Shown here: piece by piece, positions 28,204 through 34,240 of the stretch
Layout of the letters: each line of letters opens with the position of its first letter
Numbering within the stretch: the stretch's first letter is position 1
Assembly (NCBI GenBank): GCA_046757025.1
Contig: JBHHXN010000044.1
Span: forward strand, 1-34,240
From: a bacterium
GTDB lineage: Bacteria > Zhuqueibacterota > Zhuqueibacteria > Oceanimicrobiales > Oceanimicrobiaceae
Direction of reading: 5' to 3'
Length of the DNA stretch: 34,240 nucleotides
Translations under genes and position numbers: made by a program
The notes under the pieces: model-generated
The model's database searches: none
What the model saw: only the letters and a program-made list of their open reading frames with translations
Told to the model about the DNA's origin: nothing

Positions 28204-31200
28204 TCATTTTATCAGGGTCATCATCTTGGTTTTTTTTAGTTTACCGGCTTGCAGGCGATAGACGTAAACTCCGGAGGCCGCGATCAATCCGCGGTCATCC
28301 CGGCCATCCCAGGTGATTTTATGCTGCCCGGCTGGTTTTTCCTGTTTCAACAGGGTTCGCACCTTTTGACCTTTTAGATTGAAGATTTGTAAAAGCACCT
28401 TGCTTTTGGCCGGCAACGTAAAATCGATACGGGTGCTGAGATTGAAGGGATTGGGATAATTTTGCTGCAGTTGAAATTCCAAAGGAATCGGACTCGCCTG
28501 TGCCGATTCTTCTACTCCCCGCACCGGCAACGGTTGATTATCCTTCGATGCAAATCGGGCTTCCGAAATCTGAACGGCCTCAGCAAGTAATTCTTCGTTT
28601 AAAATACGTAATGGAAGTTCAAATAAAGCCCCTTTTATTTCGACAGCGCTGTGCTCTTTTTTCAAATATCCCAGCAGCTCTACGGTATTCTCTTTGACAT
28701 GCGTATTCATCAACATATTATGCACAGATTCAATCTGCAGCGGCTCCATGAGCTCAACCCGTTGACGGTCAAATTTTATTTGTAGTTGAAATCCTCTGAT
28801 AGGCTCTTCGCTATTGATGCTCACTGGCAGGGAAACCAACTTGATTTCCGCAGGTTTGTGTAGCGGCCAGTCGAGTTTAACATGCACCGTGCTTGCCGAA
28901 ATTGGCTCCGAGCCTTTGGCTAACCGCTCCTTTGTCATGGGTTCGCTGCTGTGATCGATGACATGGATGATGTCGAAAATATCCACATCGCCATCCTGGT
29001 CGCGATCGCCGCGCTTAAGAATGTGGGAATCGTGGTCCACCAGATCGAATGCCGCCCGTTTTAAGTCGGCCAGATTCGGTAAGCTGCTTTGAATTTCCTC
29101 CTTTCCTAAATAGAAGACGGGTGATTTGTCAGGCATTCCAGCCAATCCATCCGCATCTGCGATTCGAACCTGGCATTGGCCAGTTAATTTTTCCGGCAGA
29201 TTCCAAATAAATTTACCGTCGTTGGCGGTTTTTGCTGCGATGGGCAGCCAGCTCTTTCCTTCGTCCGGGGAAAAATCCAATCGGACATGTTCAATAGAAA
29301 CCGTTGATTGCCAGGCAATGGTGTGGGTACTGCCGCCCTGCCACTTTTCCCCGCCGGCTGGCAGCGTAAGCTTTAGCGTTGGCGCAGATAGGATGGTAAA
29401 ATCGGTTTGACTCAACCCCGTGCCAAAATCAGTGGTGACGCTAATTTTGCCCGAGCTGGCACCGGCCGGCACCACGGCTCTAATATGGGTTGATGAATCG
29501 ACGAAAACCGTGCTGGCATTTTGACCGTTGAATGCCACGGTGACGCCGCCAGAGCCACTTAAAACATTCATTATTTCATCGAACCAGATTCCAGCCATTA
29601 CCGCATAGCCTGTGTCGTTAGGATGCACCCGGTCATCCATGTAAGCCGTCTCCCAATTGGCCTGATCGCGAAAGGCTTCGTTCATGGCAACGTAGCGCAG
29701 TTTATGGCCGGTAGATTGTTTGTCTGAAACGAGATTCCGAATCAAATTATTGAGCGTGGTGGTTTTAGCATCTTTCGAGTCGGTGCGCGGAATGACGCTG
29801 GCGAGCAGGGTGACGATTTCGGCATCAAACAATTTGATGGTATCTAACACTTGACCGATTTCATCTACCGTGCTTTCTGGAGTTTGCAGCTCAGAAATGT
29901 CGTTGGTGCCGATATGCAAAAGAATCATCTGCGGCGAATTTTGTGTGAGGTAGTTTTGCAACTGAGCCAACAGCTCGTCCGCCCGGAAGCCGCTGTGCCC
30001 TTCGTGGTGGCGGTCAAATCCAGCGCCGTCTCTTTTTGTGCCGACAAAATCGTAAGCCACGCCGCGGGAGCCGAGCAGCTCAGCTAAATCGTTGCGATAG
30101 CCTGCGTTGTCCGTGGAACCGTGCACGCCCTGGGTGATGGAATTGCCCAGGGGCATGATGCGAATGGTGCCCGTAAAATGGCTGCCACCCGATTGGTCGC
30201 TGAGAAAATGGCTGCCGGTAATTGTGACTTCGGTACCCACATTGCCAGAGGGCGGGAAAAATCCAGAAATGGTGGGCGTTTTTGAGGAAGCCACGGCGGT
30301 GCTTAGAAACAATTCCGGTGCCTGCACGCCTTCTTTTGAGCTGTAATTTGCCAGATCGCTGTTGGAGCTGCTCACGGCAAAACTATACACGCCGTTGCCG
30401 TTTACCGCCGCAGTCACATCAAACTCCACGACTTCGCCCGCCGCCACCGCGGCCACCGCACTCAGAGGATTCCCCGTAAGAGGCGGGGCATTTTCATAGT
30501 TTAGATTATCTTCATCCCAGGGAGTGCTGGTGCCGGAGTAATGATTCGATACCGAGTACACTTCTCCCCCATCGAAGCTGGCATCGAGGACAAACAGACG
30601 CAAAACCGCGCGCCGAACAACGCCGCTAAAACCAGCAACGTTGAATTTTAGGTAGGTGTTAAAATCTGCCGATGACGAACGCCGCACCCGCAGCTCATAA
30701 GTACCGCCGTAAATTCGCGTAGGTCGATTTGAACGTACAAAGGTATCCTGCACCGGCGTCAAAGTGAGTGATTCCGAAGAAGCGGTAACTTTGAAGCTAT
30801 CGGTACTGGCGGCACTCCCCGCTAAATTGCGCACCGTTACCAGCCCGCTGGTGGCATCTGCCGGCACTTGTGCCCGGATCTGATTTTCCGAATCTGTGAC
30901 AAACGCAGCAGCCGGGCGGCCTCCGAATTCCACTTGCAAATCCGAAACAAAATGACGGCCGGTAATGGTGACTTCGGTGCCGGGTGCGCCGGCAGTGGGA
31001 GTGAATGAGGAGATGGATGGCAACTTTATCACCACAAAATCTTTCTCGCTGACCACCGTGGCCTCCGCAGCAACCACACTTATTTTGCCGGTCACAGCGC
31101 CCTCGGGCACGCGGGTGCGCAGCTGCGTGGAAGAGTCCACTGCAAATTCGTTGGATGAAATGCCGCCGAACGACACTTCGGTTACTTGACTAAACTGACT

Positions 31201-33612
31201 GCCGATAATCGTTACTCTGGTACCAGCCACGCCTTCAACCGGACTGAAGGATAGGATAGTTGGAACGGGATCGCTTCCACCTGAGGATTCGATCACCAAC
31301 TGCGGCGCTTGTGCGCCTTCTTTTGAGCTGTAACCCACCAAATCGTTGGCGTTATTTTGAATCGCAAAACTATAAACCCCCGCACCGGCGACGGCAGCCG
31401 TCACATCAAATTCCACGGTTTCGTTCACAGCAACCGCATCCAGGGTACTCAGCGGCGGACCAGCGATGCTCGGGGCGTTAGCATAAAGCAGGTTTTCTTC
31501 GTTCCAGGGCAAATCACCGGCGTTGAACTCGTTGGAGACCGCATAGATCGCGCCGCCATCCACTCCGCCCTCGACGGCCAGCAGCCGAATGGTGGCTTTG
31601 AGAACCGTGCCGGAAAGTCCGCTCAAATCAAACTTTAAATAGGAATTTACAAAATCGGAATGCGGTTGACGAACGCGCAAATCGGTGTGGGAGCTGTAGT
31701 TATTATTCGGTCGGGCTGAGCGCACAAATGCGTCGTCAATCGGCGTAAATGTGTGAGCGCCGGCCGTCGCATTCACTGTAAAAACAGCGCTGCTGTTGGC
31801 GCTGCCCGCAGGATTCCTCAGTTCAATGGCACCGCTGGAGGCCAAACCCGGCACAATCGCGCGCAATTGTGAATCCGAGTCGATATCAAAGTTTGAAGAT
31901 GGCACACCGTTGAAAGTGACCGCTGAAATGTAACTGAAATTCGACCCCACAATCGTCACCTCCGTACCGGGGGATCCGCGTTCGGGCTGAAAAGAGGCGA
32001 CGGTCGGTGGATAAATGACCGTGAAAATATCGGCACTTTCGTCGCTGCCAATGGGATTTGCAACTTTGAATATACCAGATGACGCACCACCTGGAATCCG
32101 CAAGCGTAATTGTGAGGAGGAATCCAACGTGAATTCATCAACCAATAGACCGTTGAGCCAAACAGATGAAACATCTACAAAGTTACGTCCCGCGATGGTT
32201 ACTTCGGTCCCGACCGGACCGTTTAGGGGAGTGAAAGAGGATACATTCGGAATCGCCGGCGCCGGGCTGCCGGTTTCCACCACCAGCTCAGGCGCGTGAG
32301 CGCTTTCTTTGGAATAATAATTAGCCAAATCGCTCGATGCATTGGCCAGCGCAAAACTGTAAACGCCGTCGCCATTAATGGCAGCAGTCACGTCGAATTC
32401 TACCACCTCGTTCAAATTCACGGCCGCGACTCGATTTAAAGGGGAACCTCCGATGGCAGGTGCATTTTCAAAAACCAGACCGGTCTCAAGCCAGGGCTGT
32501 GAGGAATCGATGTAATTATTTGAAACGGAATAAACCGCACCACCATCCTCGCTGGCGTTGCTCACAAATAACCGCAGCATGGCCCGCTGCGGTGGACCCG
32601 CTAATCCTGAAACTTGAAACTTCAAATAACTGTGCTGCACAGCCGATGCCTGACGCACGCGCAGCTCCAGCGCGCTGGCGTGATTTCGGGTAGGATAACG
32701 GGAGTGCACATAGGCATCGTCTGTGGGCGGAAAAATGAGATTACCAAGCGGCGCAGTCACTTCGAAGTCGGTCACGGAGGTCGTGGTACCCGCCGGGTTG
32801 ATCACACTAATGCGGCCGGTAGTCGCTCCCACCGGCACCGTCGCCCGCAGTTGGGTGGGAGAATCCACTACAAACTGAGCAGCCGGCGTGCCGTTAAAGC
32901 GCACTTGTGTGACGCCCACAAACTGGCTGCCGGTGACCGTGACCTCACTCCCGATAAGGCCGCTTTTGGGAGAAAAATCGGTGATGTTCGGAATCGGATT
33001 TACACCGCTGTCAAATTCGATCAACAGCGCTGGCGGCTGCACGCCTTCCTTGGAGCTGAAATTGGCTAAATCGCTGGTGGAGTTGCTCAGAGCGAAACTC
33101 ACCACGCCGTCGCTACTCACCGCAGTAGTGACATCGAATTCGACGACTTCACCTGTGTTCACCGTTGACAGGGCGCTCAAAGGATTGCCTGCAAGCGCTG
33201 GAGCGTTGTCATAGATCAAATTCACTTCGTCCCAGGGGATGTTCGTACCCAGATAGCTGTTGGACACAGAATACACTTCCCCACCCTCAATGCTGGCATC
33301 GATCACAAAAAGTTTTAGCACCGCCCGTTGCACGGTACCGATTATGCCGGTCACATTAAACTTTAAATAGGCGTTATAATCTGCCGAAGACGATCGCCGC
33401 ACCCGCAATTCGTCCGAGTGGCCGTAAATTCGCGTTGGGCGATTTGATCTCACAAATGAATCATCGGAGGGAATAAAAATGGCCGTGTTCAGTGACAAAT
33501 TACTTGAGCGAGAGAGGTTTGAACCGGCAGCGGTTTCTTTTTCATTCTGCGCAACGACAACTCCGGCGAGCAAAATCAGGCAAAATACGACAGATGTGTA
33601 AATACGAATCAT
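28204..33612 (-). CDS. 1802-aa secreted modular protein: 4 DNRLRE/CBM96-like domains, 6 IPT/TIG domains, SGNH hydrolase, Ig-like domain, dockerin- and cohesin-like segments, FlgD/T9SS-type C-terminal domain
   Basis: Four repeats P..D.FV.S..P...Y...LRV...YLKF.V...SKE...P.L. Six repeats P.I.SF.P..G..GTEVTI.G..F. SGNH blocks PLGNSIT, IGTND and DRVHP. Also GDRDQDGDVDIFD and QNYPNPFN...SGVYVYRL. Confidence 0.85.
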   Translation of the reverse strand: MIRIYTSVVFCLILLAGVVVAQNEKETAAGSNLSRSSNLSLNTAIFIPSDDSFVRSNRPTRIYGHSDELRVRRSSSADYNAYLKFNVTGIIGTVQRAVLKLFVIDASIEGGEVYSVSNSYLGTNIPWDEVNLIYDNAPALAGNPLSALSTVNTGEVVEFDVTTAVSSDGVVSFALSNSTSDLANFSSKEGVQPPALLIEFDSGVNPIPNITDFSPKSGLIGSEVTVTGSQFVGVTQVRFNGTPAAQFVVDSPTQLRATVPVGATTGRISVINPAGTTTSVTDFEVTAPLGNLIFPPTDDAYVHSRYPTRNHASALELRVRQASAVQHSYLKFQVSGLAGPPQRAMLRLFVSNASEDGGAVYSVSNNYIDSSQPWLETGLVFENAPAIGGSPLNRVAAVNLNEVVEFDVTAAINGDGVYSFALANASSDLANYYSKESAHAPELVVETGSPAPAIPNVSSFTPLNGPVGTEVTIAGRNFVDVSSVWLNGLLVDEFTLDSSSQLRLRIPGGASSGIFKVANPIGSDESADIFTVIYPPTVASFQPERGSPGTEVTIVGSNFSYISAVTFNGVPSSNFDIDSDSQLRAIVPGLASSGAIELRNPAGSANSSAVFTVNATAGAHTFTPIDDAFVRSARPNNNYSSHTDLRVRQPHSDFVNSYLKFDLSGLSGTVLKATIRLLAVEGGVDGGAIYAVSNEFNAGDLPWNEENLLYANAPSIAGPPLSTLDAVAVNETVEFDVTAAVAGAGVYSFAIQNNANDLVGYSSKEGAQAPQLVIESSGGSDPVPTILSFSPVEGVAGTRVTIIGSQFSQVTEVSFGGISSNEFAVDSSTQLRTRVPEGAVTGKISVVAAEATVVSEKDFVVIKLPSISSFTPTAGAPGTEVTITGRHFVSDLQVEFGGRPAAAFVTDSENQIRAQVPADATSGLVTVRNLAGSAASTDSFKVTASSESLTLTPVQDTFVRSNRPTRIYGGTYELRVRRSSSADFNTYLKFNVAGFSGVVRRAVLRLFVLDASFDGGEVYSVSNHYSGTSTPWDEDNLNYENAPPLTGNPLSAVAAVAAGEVVEFDVTAAVNGNGVYSFAVSSSNSDLANYSSKEGVQAPELFLSTAVASSKTPTISGFFPPSGNVGTEVTITGSHFLSDQSGGSHFTGTIRIMPLGNSITQGVHGSTDNAGYRNDLAELLGSRGVAYDFVGTKRDGAGFDRHHEGHSGFRADELLAQLQNYLTQNSPQMILLHIGTNDISELQTPESTVDEIGQVLDTIKLFDAEIVTLLASVIPRTDSKDAKTTTLNNLIRNLVSDKQSTGHKLRYVAMNEAFRDQANWETAYMDDRVHPNDTGYAVMAGIWFDEIMNVLSGSGGVTVAFNGQNASTVFVDSSTHIRAVVPAGASSGKISVTTDFGTGLSQTDFTILSAPTLKLTLPAGGEKWQGGSTHTIAWQSTVSIEHVRLDFSPDEGKSWLPIAAKTANDGKFIWNLPEKLTGQCQVRIADADGLAGMPDKSPVFYLGKEEIQSSLPNLADLKRAAFDLVDHDSHILKRGDRDQDGDVDIFDIIHVIDHSSEPMTKERLAKGSEPISASTVHVKLDWPLHKPAEIKLVSLPVSINSEEPIRGFQLQIKFDRQRVELMEPLQIESVHNMLMNTHVKENTVELLGYLKKEHSAVEIKGALFELPLRILNEELLAEAVQISEARFASKDNQPLPVRGVEESAQASPIPLEFQLQQNYPNPFNLSTRIDFTLPAKSKVLLQIFNLKGQKVRTLLKQEKPAGQHKITWDGRDDRGLIAASGVYVYRLQAGKLKKTKMMTLIK

Positions 33613-33955
33613 TCAAATAACGACCTTTTTGACTGGTTGCAGAATTTTGGGGTAGTGAAAAGAATCGGAATTCCTGATGCAACAGTGTCTGACTGAAAAC
33701 GATCCCCCTCTTACCCGAAGGCCTCCTGGCCGAGGGTGGAGCCGCGCTTAGTTCGGCGGAATGCCTGCGCATAAGAAAGTTTTTCTCGAGTATTTTCGAA
33801 TTTTCGTTAGAACACTGATTGATAAACTCGGTACGACTAATTCCATTTCCTCTTTAAATATTATATTTACAAGAGGTTAATTTTGCAGAGTTATTTTTCA
33901 AACAGAACCTAAATTGAGCGATTCCTGAGCGGGGGGAGCGGGACACAAGCTTCAG

Positions 33956-34118
33956 AGCCTGTATGAAAACGCGCAAACTATGCGTCTGTCATCCCGCAAC
34001 CGCTGGATCTTTTTTATTTAGACGTAAAGTGCTGTTTATTTAAAAGTTCCAGCGGTTACTGGATGACAATTGCAAAGTGTTTGATTGTTCGTGGATGTTT
34101 CGACTTTTCACTCAGTCT
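33956..34118. mobile_element. MITE-like element with a long internal palindrome
   Basis: AGCCTGTATGAAAA and TTTTCACTCAGTCT (11/14 inverted). Inner TGTCATCC.GCAACCGCTGGA (33987-34007) pairs with TCCAGCGGTTACTGGATGACA (34048-34068). Confidence 0.6.
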
Positions 34119-34141
34119 GTGCAGTTAGAGCCAGATACAGA

Positions 34142-34223
34142 TCAAACACGGTCTGTGACCGTGTTTGACCCCCGTTTAGTCGAATTAACTTGTACCGGCA
34201 AAGACACCGTTAAAAACGGTGTC
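34142..34223. repeat. Two perfect short-loop hairpins (REP-like)
   Basis: TCAAACACGGTC-tgt-GACCGTGTTTGA (34142-34168) and GACACCGTT-aaa-AACGGTGTC (34203-34223). Confidence 0.65.
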
Positions 34224-34240
34224 GGATCATTGCAATGCAG

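Noticed and set aside
33542..33772. 76-aa upstream ORF as a leader peptide
   Set aside because: It overlaps the main start out of frame and has no RBS or attenuator-type codon run.
33915..33970. c-di-GMP-I riboswitch suggested by GGGACACAAGC..CAGAGCCUG
   Set aside because: It lacks the GGCAAA-stem-GAAA P2 arm, and the 3' part is better explained as the left TIR of the 33956-34118 element.
1..34240. CRISPR array, rRNA, tRNA, transposase or integrase
   Set aside because: I saw no regularly spaced direct repeats with unique spacers, no cloverleaf or rRNA signatures, and no ORF with DDE, HUH or tyrosine-recombinase motifs.

Overview
Bacterial genomic DNA, probably from a non-Bacteroidota member of the FCB group such as KSB1 or Calditrichota. 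This is an inference from the SusC/SusD pair and an NYPNPFN-type C-terminal sorting domain occurring together with strong GGAGG Shine-Dalgarno sites. In order, the window holds: a divergent transketolase with an unusual 8-Cys C-terminal tail; an alpha/beta hydrolase; a cold-shock protein; a minus-strand operon of an IT-superfamily antiporter plus nuoJKLM, with no nuoA-I or nuoN adjacent; a PUL-like locus (ECF sigma, FecR, SusC, SusD, secreted PIG-L deacetylase, MFS permease, ROK kinase, PcRGLX/YetA-like protein); a membrane-anchored AlkP-superfamily phosphodiesterase; and an 1802-aa secreted modular protein. Many intergenic spaces are occupied by 100-250 bp MITE/REP-like elements. The best leads are: (1) the transketolase locus, where an A9 run sits exactly at the junction with the Cys-rich finger, both shifted frames stop almost at once, and a TPP-riboswitch-like leader lies upstream; (2) the stand-alone antiporter-nuoJKLM operon; (3) a modular MITE family, with three copies inserted after CTATTTA; (4) an ATT start codon for the MFS permease; (5) an SGNH esterase inserted inside an IPT/TIG domain. 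I recognised no rRNA, tRNA, CRISPR array or transposase. All family calls come from motif recognition by eye, not from database searches.
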